Positions 40,121-55,544 of a DNA stretch of 64,000 nt are shown here, piece by piece. The notes under the pieces are model-generated. The model searched no databases, had not been told where the DNA came from, and was given only the letters and a program-made list of their open reading frames with translations. Each line of letters opens with the position of its first letter. Positions within the stretch are counted from its first letter, which is position 1. The position numbers and the translations under genes were made by a program. Location of the stretch: assembly GCF_006345805.1 (NCBI RefSeq), contig NC_042998.1, forward strand, positions 67,146,001-67,210,000. The letters run 5' to 3'. Source of the DNA: Octopus sinensis. Lineage: Eukaryota.

Positions 40121-42860
40121 CTTATAATTTCTTTTAACATTTTTGAAAAGTTTGAGAAAACATTGTAAAAGTGTCTACTGTGGTTTAATACATACATACA
40201 TACATACATACATACATACATACATACATACATACATACATACATACATAGAAACATGTGTATATGGATATAAACACATACACAGAGAGTGAGACAGAGG
40301 GGTAGAGATTAAAAAGGCAAGTTTACATAGAATGTTTGGAATGTTTATCTATACCATTATCATTTATAGCTTTCTATATCATAAAAAATGCTACTGGTGA
40401 GTTTGATGGTGATTATCAACCAGTTTATATAAAAAGTGGAATCTGAAAAACTTGTAATCAATATTAATATTAAAAAAGTCAAGAACTAATGGAAATTCAG
40501 TCGGGAAATACTCACCTTTGGCCTCGTTATTGTAAGTTTCTAATGTTATTGTGGAGCACATGGCAGATGAATATATAAAATACAGACATATATGAAAATA
40601 ACCAAGTACATACATACATGTATGCATCAGTGTTTATGTGTGTATCTGTATGTATTTTGTGAATATATATTTACCATTTCCCAAATGCATTCATGTTGCC
40701 TTCCCAAGACCGAAATAAAATTTAGTCATTCTAATAATAGATATAATGATCATATTTTATGATGTTCACCCTTGTATGTCTCGAACTTCAGTTTTAATTT
40801 CCATCGCCACATACTTCGAAGTATCTCGAAATGCGATTTGCCAGACATATAAATCAGCCCTAATAACTAACATATGTCCTTTGTGTGAGTAAGAAAGACG
40901 TGGACTCGGACGTGATATGTAATCTACTTCCGTTCAGTGTTCACTTGATATATAACTTATTCTATCAAAAGTATATAATCACTTGAATTTCTAGAGTCTC
41001 CCTATGAACCACCGAGTTTGGCTATACTCACGTGCAACATATTCTTTACATTGATTTTTTATATAATGAAATTTAATTGCATTCTTGAGGCATTGATTTC
41101 ATTAAGTGAAGGTAATTACGATTAAATTATCTTATAACTTGTTCTTGAACACATGCCTGATAGACTAAGGCAATAATTCAATGATGTTGATGAATAGCGA
41201 GTTTAGACATTAAAGACTCCAGAACGGCATATTACAAAGTCTACGACTTAATAACTTCATCAAAAGCCCCTGCGAGGCTGATACTAGAAAATGATATCAC
41301 AAAATTTCAAATACTATGTATATGAAAATAGTGCATATATCTGCATTGAAATTCAATTGTATTGTACTATCAATTGTATGTCAACGGAAAATATAACTGC
41401 TATCAGATATATTTCCAGAGAATCTGAGAGAGAAGTCTCTCTCTACTCTTGTTAATTTAGATGTTCATTAACTGACATCACATAATGGCTAGTATTAGAA
41501 CTTGTGCGTATAATTGATATATTTAATGAACAACATCAATAACATCTAGGTAAGGATACGATTCATATATACTGAAATACATAGACGCACGCGAGACCTA
41601 TTAAGAGATTGTTATAAAACCGGAGCGGCGGGCACGCATTAGCAATAACACACGGAGCCATTTATTCCAGTAAGCAGACAGACGTCACATAAACCACGTA
41701 GATATGTAGCATACATTTTATTGCTTCATTTACGATGCATTCCAGACTCCGGCAACTCCCAAAAGAACGACTAACTGGAACAATATTTGAGATTAAGTCA
41801 ATAAGATGTTAGAGTAATCAAACATCATACATATATTCTGTTTCATTTGAATACCACCAGACTATCAATTATTTATATTTATTTTATGCAGAACTATATG
41901 AGAATTGTAGCCGTAGTGCTATAAACCTAGCGTACAGAGTCTAAACACTTTAATGAAATATAGAAAGGCATGCGGTATAGAACATCCCATTTACCTACTT
42001 TTCTAAGCCTGGTGCCTAAAGTATCGTAAAACGTAAATCAATATGTCAGTTTAATATGTCAAACTATTTATATTTGCATTTGTTTGCGGTTCTTTTTTCT
42101 ATTAGTTTTTAAATGATACGACAGATTGCATCACACAAGCAAAAACATTAAAATAACAAAACAAAAAGAACGCTCTTGTTGTTATTCTAATACTGAAATA
42201 ATGATGTTTGATTAATTACTTTAGGTAATTATTTAGGGAACAAAAATCTAATTTTCCTGCGTTCTATAGTTTCAAGCATTGAATAGATATTTTATTCTGT
42301 TTAATTATTTATTTTTATCTCTTTATCGCAGTTAGAGAACAAAAGCCTCGTTATTTACAGGATTTCAGTCACTGGTTCACTGCATTCCTGACAGTCACTC
42401 TGACAAAGGAGTGTCTAGATCGATGCCAAACAAATATTTTAAGGAACTGCATTCGGAAAAAGCCGAGTCTTCAGGTTTTTTGGCTGATGATAATATAGTC
42501 CACCGATTTATAAATAAAAAAAAATCCAAACAACCTAAAAATGATCAACCATCGGTTTCCGCGTGGTAAATTCAATCGTTCGATGAAATGAACTAGATGT
42601 TCAATGAATTAGCATACATGTGGCTGAATGTTCCAGAGATATGAGTATCCTTAAATTTTATATAGATTCATTGCAACCCATTGCGTGACATAAAGCTATA
42701 ACTTTGATATAAAAGCACAATCCATCTGATGGGCTCTACACAGGTTCTGTCAAACTAGCTTTAATACTAAGGCGTGGGTCAGCCAGGACAATGGTAAATA
42801 TTGTTTGACGTAAAAGTTAACTATTTAGTCACAAACACATTTACACCCACCCAGACACCC

Positions 42861-42940
<80 letters not shown>

Positions 42941-45044
42941 ATTGAAGAAATTGGAGTCAAGAAGAAGGAGACCGGTGTAATTGTTTTGAGGCAACGTAGA
43001 TCTCCAAAAATAGAAGTATTTGATATTGCAACTGTTTGCATGAGAACTTGTTTTTGTTTCCTCAGGTAAAAATTTTAGTATTATAAATAATAAGTAATAA
43101 TAATTCAGTAAACTCTTAATCCGATTGTGCACGTCTCTCTATTTATATGTATGAGGTATAGGTGCCCACACACGTGTCTGCAGTCTATGAAAGTGTCTAT
43201 TTGTTTGTGTATATGCGTGTGTGAGAGAGTAGGAGTGCATTAGGTTTACTTATCTATGAGTATGTGGGTATATATATACTCGTATGTACGGGGATGTATA
43301 TATTTGTATGTATGAATGTATACGTAAGTGCTTGTGTATATATATAATATATATATATATATAATATATATATATATATAGGTTGTGCGTCAGAGTGTAT
43401 ATATGAGGCTCTGTAGTGTGTATGTGAGTATGTATCCAACTACTGAAGACTAAAGGTCTTCTTAAGAAATTCAAATGTGTAGCCAACCATGACGAACAGA
43501 TCAAAGACACAAAGAAATAGAAGACCAATCGCATTTAAATGCCTCCCAGTAACATATACTACCATTCATAGCAGTCCGACAAACGCACTCTCGCGGCACA
43601 TGCCATGGGTCTATCAGCGGCAACCAAATTCAATCCACGACGAAGATAGGAGCTGGCCTTGAATTAACAACCTTAAACTAACGGAGGCAACACTCGTATA
43701 TCGGAGGCAACACTCGTATACCACATCCTTAACACATCTTTAATGATTCAATACTATTGTCTCTGTATCAACACTATTTGCAACGTCCCTTAACGCAAAC
43801 ATTGGAAGTGACATTTACGTAGCGTTTGCAGTTTTAGACATTAGAGAGGCACTTCATAAGACTTGCATCAAAAGTGTGCTGTGATATTGTGACAAATCTT
43901 GTCTTTTGACTTATATTGGATGGGAGCAAACAACATAAAAAAATAAAAGTGCGGTTATGGGATGAGTAAGTGGGAGTGGAGATTATGCAGAACGGGAATC
44001 AAAAGGAAGGATATGAAGAAAAAGAAGGAGGAGGAGGAAAACTGAGTAGGAGAAGAACACCAAAATGAAGGAGTCCCTAACATTACACTCTACGAACAGA
44101 CGTTACACGTTTGCTTTATAATACATACATACACACATACATACATGCATACATATATACATACATAAATACATAAATATATATTATGTATATATGTATG
44201 TATACATACATATACATATATATTTATAGAGAGAGAGAAAGAGATATAAATAGATAGATAAAAAGATGCATATACGTACATACTTACATACATATACACA
44301 CACATATATATACACACGCGCACACATACACACACATGTATATATATATACATACATATATATACATTTATATATATACATATATATATATCCAAAAGCA
44401 GAATAAACAGGAGATTTAGTTTATCTTTTTATTATAACATCACAGATTCTGAAAACGATTAACTAAATCCCTTGTCTATTCTGCACTAGGATACAGCACT
44501 CGAAAATTGTTCAAATGTATGTAATGCCGAAAGAAAATGGGTGGACAAATTATGTTCAATACTTGATTGTAATTCGGATATACATCAATTTACATGGAGT
44601 TCTAAGCTTCGGTTAACCGTTATGCTCTCTCATCCGAGATAGCAATTTTCGTGCACACACAGACACATGCACACACGCATACACACTCACTCCCACACAA
44701 GCACATACACGCATGTTTATGTATATGTATGTATCTATATACAGTGTCTTTATAATCTAATACTTACGTTCAAGTGATTACGTAAACAACTTGTTTGGAT
44801 AACAACTTCAAACGCGTATTTAATGCATTCGAATTAAATACAAGCGGAATATCAATAATTCGTTTTGTAATGATTTTCTTAGTATATATGATTCATGTTA
44901 ATAACAATCTAGCTTATCCCTCATTGAATAATAATGTAATAACACAAGGCCAAAATAGGAGAGGACTGTTTATTCGGACACTATGTCAGAAATATCTGAT
45001 AAACTGAAAAAGTATACTGCATTAAAGCGTACTATGATATATAC

Positions 45045-45081
<37 letters not shown>

Positions 45082-45204
45082 CCATCCACTTTTAGTGGTC
45101 AGTCCTTTAAATTTTGTATGTAAAAATATATTAATCTTCGTATTGTTTTTAATATGCTAGGCCACTGGTTTTAATTGATTAATATCAATTTCTACCCTTA
45201 TTAA

Positions 45205-45235
<31 letters not shown>

Positions 45236-45237
<2 letters not shown>

Positions 45238-45438
45238 TTCGCCATGATAGATCACTAGCCACTAAACCTTTTTCTATTTTTTCTCCCTGTTTATTTCTGT
45301 GTTCCTTTCTGTGGAAGAGCGTAGGTTTGAAAAGCAAGTCTTTCTCACTTCCCGAGCGTTAAACTGATACATCTGTTTGTTGTTTGCACACCCGTCTTCG
45401 TCTTTTTTGGGGTTTTTTTGGTAAATTCTCACTAGATC

Positions 45439-45440
<2 letters not shown>
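45236..45440 (+). mobile_element. Penelope-type terminal-repeat-derived short element
   Basis: gccatgatagatcactagccacta...cctttctgtggaagagcgtagg...gagcgttaaactgatacatctgtttgttg, between TA/CA repeats. Confidence 0.65.
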
Positions 45441-45534
<94 letters not shown>

Positions 45535-48318
45535 GAACAACATTGACTGAATAAATCCCGAATACATGTAGTATTTATTACAAATCCGTTAAAGACGACT
45601 TGAAGTTTTGCTACTGCTGTGATATTGGAATCGTCTAAATGAGCCTTCACATGCGAGACCTCAAAGGTAATGTCATCAGATATATAATACTTTGAGTATC
45701 GTTAACGTATTAAAGAGCGTGGGGATGTGTTTATGTATATATAGATATATATATATATTTGTGCGTAAGCATTCATGCAAGTGTCTGCTGAGAGAAAGAG
45801 AGAGTGAAAGAAAAATAGTGAGACGTCGTAGAAAATATGAATTCTGTAAATTATATTCCTAAAAAATGCTACTTGCTAAGGAGAATAGTATGGATTCTTA
45901 TCGTATAAAAAATAATGCAGGCACAGACACATAAGTATATGCGTGTGTTTCAAATTTTACAAACGTATTTTATACGTTGCTTTAAATATATTCTTATTTC
46001 ACTTCAACACATACACACACACATATACTCACACACACACACACGCACAAGCGCACAGACACACACTCACAGATGTCTCCACATACATTCATATATATGA
46101 ACACCACCAAATTTACATTTGTATTATATTTCCATATATTCTATATATGATGTACGAGATTTTTCTACATTAAACAAAAAAAAAATAATAGTAATTTTTT
46201 TCCTTTCATATTTTACGACTAAATACGTCTATCAATTGCCCCAACACCACCATATACACACACACGCACGCACACTTTGTTATATACTTTCCCGCATATC
46301 TTATCCTCCATTAGAATTTCGTGACAAATTGAAGTGCATTTATAATCCATTGTTACGTAATTGTAGCGATGTCCATTACATTTGCTATAAAATGAAAGTT
46401 TCAAACCTCGACGTAAATGCAATGAGGATACTTTGAAGAGTATTATTATCGGAACATTTCCCACGGCGATTTTTAACGTTTCTTCTCCTTATTTCAAAAC
46501 CTGTTGTTCAGATACTTCTTTTTTTCTGCGTTTTCTTTTTATGTATATATATATATATATATATATAGCTTTAGTAGTCTGTGTCAACTCTACCACAGTT
46601 TGATGTATTTTACTGCTTCCATTTTAAATTATGTTTTTCTTTTCATTTTTTAATCTCTTTTTCCTATTTCCCATCTTTTCTTTTCTTTCTCTGCTTTCAT
46701 TTGCTTTCAATATCTTTCTCTCCTCTTTCATATTTCTCCCCTTCCTCTTTTATCTCTTTCTCCATTTTCTTGCCTAGTTTTCTTCCTCTGTCTTATTTAT
46801 CATCCTTGTCATCGTCCTCAACTTTGCCGTTCGTCGTCGTCGACATCGTGATTGCTAGCTTCGTTGTCGTTGTCATCGTCATCGTCATCAACATTGTCAC
46901 TACTTTCTATTGCGTTCTTACTTATTAACAGTCTGTTTTTTGCTTGTTATTAATGAACCATAAAGGCTGTTTCGTGAATATGGTGTGAACCCGCTAGTGA
47001 TTTAATACCGAATGGATTGATCCTTTAGCTTAGCTTTCTCCGTTTTTATTGACCAAACTCCAAATTTCTTACAAAGCAATAAACCATCAACCTTTTAGAG
47101 GGGCTGTTCTAGACTACACATTCTATACTTTCTGCTACGTCAGCTGAAAAGAGTTGAAGTCAGTTGCATTCAAGTATGCTTCATATAGATGCGAACTATG
47201 TGTTAAAAGCTAACTCATAAAATAAACGGAAATCGACATCGTAAAGTTACCTTTAGTGTATGGCTTTGCTAATATTAGCAAAACCTGCGTATTCAATGTG
47301 CCAGTTATATAGCTGACTCTCGTACGCGTAGGTCTCCTTATATGATACATTAAAATTCTCTGGATACCCACAATGAACACTGATATTGCTATGCTGAAGA
47401 GCATTTGGTTGGTCCATTTACCCATGTTTGTGGCATTCACGAAAATTCCTTATTTTAGTGAGGTATTAAAGGTCTGTAGGTACGTGACACTTCGCTATGC
47501 AAACACAATATGCTATAAATATATTAAATGTTTTTATAAGTCGGTAACACGTCCCACTACGTCAACAGTGATTCTTACATTATTTTTAAGGTCGTGTCTA
47601 CAGATATTCTATAGAAGTTTCTATAGAATATTTATAGAAACAACCTTAAAAATAATTACTGAGGTGTGTTTAGGACAAATGAAACAAAAATAATTTTCTC
47701 AGCTTAAAAATAACCCAGAGTGGCCATTGCACAGTTATGCACAACAGAAGAATACAGGTATATCAAATACCAGATAATATAAAATGGAATCTTCATTGAT
47801 TAACATTATCACCGCCTATAGAAGATCCGATACAATTACCAACTGGCAATTGAGAACAGTTCAAAGACTCGAGGATTTGTCCAACGCTCATGAGATTCTT
47901 TGCCTCATTTACAACCTATTGTTACAACAAAGCATCTAATCATACACATCCAGCAAATAAAATCATATCGAATTAAAGCTTTCTACATAAAATACACATA
48001 CAGCAACATCGTATTTTATATCATACGAATGTATTTATTTCACTGTAATCTATATATTTTACAAACTTTTCATATATTTGTGTGTGTGTGTGTGTGTGTA
48101 CACACAAACATATGTATATACGCACATACATACATGCATACATTCATGCATACATAGTATACATGTGAGAACATTTTGTAAACAATGTTAGAGTCCTAGA
48201 GTGAGTCGATATTCTACAAAAGATAAAGGAATTCTCGAACGTAAGGTGGGTACACACGTTTGCTGTACAGTTTCTTTCCGATAGGTATTTATCCGATTTT
48301 GTAATTTGCCTTCACAGC

Positions 48319-48366
<48 letters not shown>

Positions 48367-48386
48367 CACACACACATACACACACG

Positions 48387-48429
<43 letters not shown>

Positions 48430-48999
48430 CTGCGTGTGTGTGTATGTATATTATATATGTTTGTATATATATATGTATACATATATGCATATCATATATA
48501 TATATATATATATAATATATATATAATAGAAATATTAAAATTACTAAGTGTCTCTAAAATAGCTGTCGATCAAGTAGTGTGGAGCGACTGACCTCCCTTG
48601 TTCGAAGGTTATATGGATACAGTTTGTGTATCAAATAGCTAACTTAAGGCGATGGCCTCATGGAGCTAATAAACGGACAGCTTTATTCTTATTTTTATAA
48701 GAATGCCATAATAGTATGGCGATAACTATATATATATATATATATATTTATAAAGAATATGAGGGGTTTAGTTCACTGGTGATCTAAACGAATAGGTACG
48801 CTGCGTAAGTGATATAATTGGTCATTTGTTAGGGTCCAAGTTCAAAACTTAGGCTAGAGCTAGTGATCCGTAGTAGGCCACCAAGTCAGCAGGAATATAT
48901 TAAAGGAAAAGAAAAACAAAACCAATGTATGTAGCCATATCGGGTCATTTAAAATATTTAATTAGAATTAAGTAATTTCAAAAAGGAAATAGAAATAAT

Positions 49000-49059
<60 letters not shown>

Positions 49060-49111
49060 TCACATATATATATATATATATATTATATTATATATATATA
49101 TATTATATATA

Positions 49112-49216
49112 TTGCATTTCAATTGCTAACATTTTCTTCTAATTATATTTAAGACATTAATTATATTTAATTATATTTGATATAATTAAAAGAGAATGTT
49201 AGCAATTGAAATGCAA
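49112..49216. repeat. Hairpin-forming inverted repeat
   Basis: ttgcatttcaattgctaacatt pairs perfectly with aatgttagcaattgaaatgcaa and extends imperfectly to ~37 bp. Confidence 0.85.
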
Positions 49217-50042
49217 AAAATTCTAGGAGCAAAAATATAACGATTGATGTTGCGATGTACTTTTTACATGAAAATTTAAATATATAAGATATACCTGAGA
49301 TTTTACTCTCACGCAAATCATTGCAATAAAAGAACAGATATATTTATTTATTCATTTATTTATTTTTTGTTTTAAATATCGTAATGTCAATTTCCGGGGG
49401 CATTCTTACAAAGGTTAACATATTTTAGTTCCTTGCCAAAAATGACGGTGGGGGAAATCTTATTAATATTTTGATTACTTGAAATCAATACTGTCCATGG
49501 ATGTAAGAAGAGATACATCGAGTTTGACCTGTGAGGTCTAAGTAATTATTGCGATGTAATAAACGTTTAGTCGAAGTTTACTTTTAACTGAAACCTATGT
49601 TTGGGCGTAAAGTCGGAAAGAAGCCAGTAATTGAAGATACAGGACAGAAAAATCAATAACTTATCTTATTGGACAGATGGAAGGCTTTATTGGTGGTCAG
49701 GCTATACCGGATATCTGGGGGAAAGGTGATAGAGGACAATCTGGAAGGGAAAGATGAAATGAAATACGTACTGAGAGAGATTTTGACTGATAACGGTCTG
49801 TGAAACTTCATTGAACCTATCAACTCTGTACGATGTGTAAATCAAACAATATTCGCTTTCTCAAGTGATCCAATATCTCCGGTGTTAGTAATAACGTTGC
49901 TTTCATTTTACCGGCGGAAACATCAACATGTGAACTTTCCTTGACAACGTCTAAGGGCTTATCTCCAAAACCTAAAGGGTATATGGATATTTGCCAATAC
50001 GTTTATACAGACAAATCTTCCATATGAATTATTTCAAGTTGT

Positions 50043-50815
50043 AATACTTTCTCAGGATTTTGATAATAACATTTCATCTTAACATTTCACATTTGACATG
50101 AATTTTTCTCTTTCGAAATCGCACGAGATTAAAATTTAACGGTTTGGTGTACGTAGCAAAGGGGTAAGTGTAAATGTGTAAGTCATGTAGCAATAAAACA
50201 TTTGAAACCAACGAGAAATGGCTTTGAAATGTATCATAACAGCCATTAAAGATCGGAAATGCAGTATGACTTTAACGTGGCAAAACTTCTAAGTAAGTAT
50301 GGGTGGGAAGTGAAAAGCTTTGCCACATTACTGTGCAGTTTTCGGTTCAAAACCATTGCGTGGTACCGTGGATGTGTGTTTTGAAGTAAAAGACTTAGTC
50401 AGTTGTCTTCTCTAACATTAGCTTCTAGCTTCCACTGTCTTCAGTTAGAATCATTGACTTGTAGGCTCTACCCCATCTTCATTCTGATGATCATACCCAA
50501 TTTCTTCGCTACTCACGGAAAAACATTAAATACTTTCTCAGGATTTTGATAATAATATTTCATCTTAACATTTCACATTTGACATGAATTTTTCTCATTC
50601 GAAATTGCACGAGATTAAAATTTAATACATAGCAAAGGGTATAAGTGTAAACATGTAAGTCATGTAGCAATAAAACATTTGAAACCAATAAGAAATTGCT
50701 TTGAAATGTATCATAACAGCTATTAGAGATCGGAAATGCATTGTGACTTTAACGTATCAAAGCATTTATGTAATATGGATGGAAATGAAATACTTAACCA
50801 TATAACTGTGCAGTT
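50043..50815 (+). repeat. ~290-bp diverged direct duplication (50043-50340, 50529-50815)
   Basis: Both run aatactttctcaggattttgataataa...actgtgcagtt. Confidence 0.9.
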
Positions 50816-52282
50816 AAAGGTAACATGGAATTTGTCTTTCTGTTTGTAACTAAACCGTCTATATAATCTATCCGCTCCCAAATTACTATAAGAAATAAAC
50901 CGAAGCTACGACACTCACTCCGAAAACAGGATGACATCATAATACGTATCAAGGTTATGTTAATTTTTATTGATGTGCTTGAAATCGCTAGCTGTTATGT
51001 CGCACGTTTTGGATGCTTCTACTACTCAACTCCACTCCACTCTACTCTGTTCTAGTCTACCTTGACGTCTAGACTTCTCCTTCTATATCTACGTATTGGG
51101 CTAGCCTACTTCATCGTCTGGGGGGGGGGCGTCCACACAATACTAGCAGAAAACAACACGCGCTGAGCCTTCAAACTCTTCACCTACCGGAAGAATATGA
51201 CATATAGAGAGATCGAGGGAGAGAGACAACACTTACCTGTATACACATTTGCTGACTAAGCTGGAGCAACATGAAATAAACGGCCAATAATTGAGCTAGA
51301 GCTCAAAGTCAATCATCTTGAAGTAAGGAAAACATTATATATTACCCTATTACCCGTAATATTTAAAATTTCGAATAGCTATTTTATTTTATAATTTAGC
51401 AGTAATTCTTATGTCTACATACTTAGTAGGATGAATTTATTTTGTTAATGTTTTCATATATATATATACAGAGAGAGAGAGAGAGATACATACATAATTA
51501 CATACATACTTACATAATACTATATATATCATTTGAACTCACGGTGACTTCTGGTCAAGAAGGCTGTAATCAAAGTGTTCCCAACATTGACACTGGTGCA
51601 TTTTCCTCTCTGACACGTTCTTCCACTTTTATGGTGTCACGTTTTTATACTAGAAATTTGGCAGTTATTCTTGGTATATAGTTAGACTAAGGTGTGCTTA
51701 TTTACTCATAATTCTAATAAAGAATGAACGATATTTTATATATAAAATATTCAAACACTCATTGAGTTTGATCGCAGTAAAAATTGACATTATTATTATT
51801 AACTTCACCTTATTTCAATTTCATATTCTCTCACATGAAGAATTTCAATTTTAACTCTTTATAGTTGATTAGCTTAATCAAATCAATAGATCTTTTCCTT
51901 GACTTTAGAAGTGGTGTTTACTCAACATAATTATCCATCAGGTCTTTTGCTACACACCGTCTATCAAATCATGATAAAAAAGATTTGGCCAATCTGAGTC
52001 TGCAATGAAATACATTTTCTTCTGGCTTGAAGTTGATAGAGTGAACTTGTAATCGAATTTTTGCGAAGCAAACTTCTTCCTCACGTACGCCTATGTTGTT
52101 TACGCGTGCACGTCTATGCATGGGTCATGTAAGAAAGTACTTTGTGACTATTCAATTAGCTAGAAATAGAAATCAAGTTTACTTCAAAGCACAGGCTATT
52201 TATTTTATTTCCTCGTGATTGCTCTCTAGAATGAATCAATTCTCGTAATGTTTTGTTCAGTGTATTGAGACCACAGGTAGTA

Positions 52283-53215
52283 TCAGTTTTCTAAGTGTGG
52301 CTTTACAAAGAAGAAAAAAGGGTCAGTGATACCATCTTGCTGTCTGGACCATCTCTGTGTCAAAGTAGATGTGTGGGCTTGAATGAAGATGTAATAGTCA
52401 ATAAAAGTTTCTACGACACAGGGTAACACTTTTTCGTCCAACATTTGCACATAAAATTCACTGTTGAGTTGATGCCTGTATGAAGATGAAGAGTGACTTG
52501 AATCTATCAGATGCAACTGTGACCCACACCATAGTTGAAGCTGGCTTCTGACAGCATCAACGACTCCTACTACATTACTTGCAGAAAGCCTGTCATTCTT
52601 CCTGTTGGTAACTGCCCCCACGGTGAAGATCTCGTCCGGCCAGATCAACACTTTGTTAGCGGTGCGCTTCATCTCAGCTAACATGGTTTTAGCGCTGTCG
52701 AACCGTTTCCTATGGGAAGCTGCTGAAATCAACTGCCTGGATTGTTTCTTATATGCAGTTAGCTTTAAATCCATTTTGAAAACCCTGTGCATTGACGATT
52801 TTAAAACATCAAGGGATTTTGCAGTTTTTCTTGCACTCCAGCGGGAATTTCGCTTCATTCGCTTCTTCACAGCTTCAATAGTTTATTTGGCACAAATCTA
52901 TCGTTTCCTACTAGTAGTTGGCTTGTTAGAGATAGTAACGGTCTCCATATATCGTTTCCATATATTGAACAGTTTAACGACACACATTCAACTGTTTTGT
53001 TATATCCCTGTTGTTCACCCAGCTATTTTCAAAGCGACAATTTGATCATGCTTTGCTTTTGATGCCATGTTTGTTTACAAACCTGTTATAGAAGAATGAA
53101 ACAAGATATATGAACAAATGACATCTGCAAATAATTATGTAAAATTTAGATATTATCACCTAAACTGATATTCTTTAGGAGTTTTGAAATGTGTACATCT
53201 TTCTGGGACACTCTG
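52283..53215 (-). mobile_element. Tc1/mariner (DD37D/maT-like) relic, 5' TIR plus transposase N-terminal two-thirds
   Basis: TA|CAGAGTGTCCCAGAAAG TIR at 53215. ATG at 53068 (MASKAKHDQIVAL), HTH SARKTAKSLDV.KSSMHRVFKMDL, IWPDE.FTV..NRKNDR, LNSEFYVQML..VLP. Confidence 0.85.
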
Positions 53216-53294
53216 TACATCACTCTGTTCGGTTTTCATTTACCTTTATAAAGCTTGGGTTTATCTGCGAATATTATTATTATTATTATTATTA

Positions 53295-53341
<47 letters not shown>

Positions 53342-53404
53342 GTTATTATTATTATTGTTATTATTATAATGATCAGCATAATAATAATAAAGTACTACAA
53401 AGTA

Positions 53405-53465
53405 AGAAATATAAGATGTGGGACTTTAACATTCAGACTGATGGAGTAATAGATGTTAGAAGGCC

Positions 53466-53497
<32 letters not shown>

Positions 53498-53760
53498 AGA
53501 GTGCCAGATCGAATGATGTAAAAGTCAATGTGAGAGGTATAGAAAAGAAGTATAGTAATGAAACAAATCCTAGCTATTGAATTATAGAGACTATGGAAAG
53601 TGCGGTTAAACTGTACCCCAGTAGTTGTAGGTGCATTGGGAACTATTCCTAAAGATTTGAACAGTAGGATAGAGAAAATAGGCATAAAAGCCAGTTCAGA
53701 TGAGCTCTTAAGGATGTTAGGATTTTTTCCTTCTATGTCTTATCTGTTGAGTGCATATGA
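53405..53760 (+). mobile_element. R4/Dong-type RLE fragment, degraded
   Basis: MWDFNIQTDGVIDVRRP...IEL*RLWK..TPVVVGALGTIPKDL, followed by (TAA)n. Confidence 0.8.
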
Positions 53761-53825
53761 ATGATATTATTAATAATAACAATAATAATAATATCAACAG
53801 CAATTATAACAATAACAACAATAAC

Positions 53826-53913
<88 letters not shown>

Positions 53914-54420
53914 TTAATAATTATAATAATAGTAATAATAATAATTATAACAACAACAAAATATCAAGAAAATATGCCGACACATAATATTCAGTTACTG
54001 AACTTAGGCCCATTAGGGTACACTTCCTTCAAGTTAAATTGTTGTTAGTTGGTAATATTGAATATCAACTAAGTGCAATAGTGGATACATCGATATCTAT
54101 TTCTCGGCTGATTTCGTCACCGGTAGAACATCACTGTCAATCAGAAAGAACTATTAGAATGGTGGATAAAAATACATTTAGGTCAGATATCTGGCTGGAA
54201 TAACTCGAATAATTGCAGTATTCATATATACATATAACATACAGACATCTACATATATATGCATTTATATATTTATTTACATTCATACACTCATACATAC
54301 ATGTGTGTGATTGTGTGTGTTTGTGTGTGTGTGTGCGTGTGCGATGAATGTTGGAGTTCATTTGTGCGTACATGGGACGCTTCTGCACGCAACCCGGTCA
54401 CCAATTATCTTTTATAACAG

Positions 54421-54524
54421 ATTGATTAACGGGGAGCTTCAGAAAATGTTACTCGATGAGGGTGACGTGCAGTTCGATCGCACAACAAATCCCGTTCACA
54501 TGAATGGAACGTCTCCACTGAGAA
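54421..54524 (+). CDS. Candidate coding exon (104 nt): (R)LINGELQKMLLDEGDVQFDRTTNPVHMNGTSPLR
   Basis: Acceptor ttatcttttataacag, donor aa/gtatgt, only one open frame, phase-compatible with 29308-29418. Confidence 0.4.
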
Positions 54525-55415
54525 GTATGTATGTCTGCCGGATATTTATATGCATATCTGAAGTATGCAATAATGGCTGCTTTTGCGAGGTTGGTTTGTT
54601 TACTAGAAATGTTAGCAAAATCCTTCCAGTACCTCCAGTGTCCTGTAAGTTAGAGGAAAATATTATATAGCGTATGAATATCTGATATACAAAAAAGACG
54701 GGCTAAGATGCTTTGATCACATATCCCTTCGATCGGGAGTTGATTTAGTGCTAAACAATAGCGACAGTAAAAAGAATACAAATGCAGAACTGCCTTATTT
54801 GATGTACATCACTAACTTACGTCAATAGATTCCAGATAAGTACCGAATTGTAATTTTTGGTTGGAGTCCAAGAATTTTTCTTCCGATAAGTTCTCATTTA
54901 AATTTGTGGAGAACATCTACTTGTTAACACTTTTATCTCAATATATACATAACTAAAGAGCTGCTCTTGTCTTTGAGAAATTCTTACATTCTTTGAAATT
55001 TAGTGCCAACTTATCAGCGTAGCGTTATCTAAAATCTTCTTAGGAACAATTGTGCAGACACGACAAGAACATTTGAAGGAACAAAGTTGATTTTTCCTTT
55101 CTGCAAACCAAGTATCGATGTTCGGATTAATATTTATCTAAAAGACGTAGCCTTAGTAGCACAGAAACAAATTGAAATGTGAAGAGAGAGCTGCAATAGC
55201 AGTGAGAGAGAGAGAGGAGGGGAGAGGAGGGAGAGGGATAGAAAGAGAGAGTGAGAGAGATAGAAAGAGAATGCAGAGGCACAAATGCATTTCCATAAAC
55301 TCAAGTACACACATGCGTCTCCGCATACACATATTTTCAAATGCATGTATGTGCGCGTGTGTATGAATGTGTGCGTGCCTGTATGTGATGTGCGAGTGTG
55401 TATGTATACACTCAC

Positions 55416-55453
<38 letters not shown>

Positions 55454-55544
55454 GTATGTATATTCTTGTGATAACTTGTCAGCGGAAAACACGACTGAAA
55501 ACAGTACTTACACCTCCGTTATGGCGGAGGTAATAATAATAATC

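Noticed and set aside
41580-41700. Promoter-like patch (tataaaa, gacgtca, CpGs)
   Set aside because: Short motifs are expected by chance and there is no linked transcript evidence.
42361-42565. Open 205-nt exon candidate (ttacag ... tg/gtaaat)
   Set aside because: Splicing to 54421 would create TGA and the peptide is unrecognisable, so support is insufficient.
43480-43900. Possible LINE RT relic (AVLDIREALHK) with 19-bp duplication at 43682-43720
   Set aside because: Only a single weak motif, too degraded to call.
52605-53045. 146-aa plus-strand ORF
   Set aside because: Antisense shadow of the mariner transposase relic.
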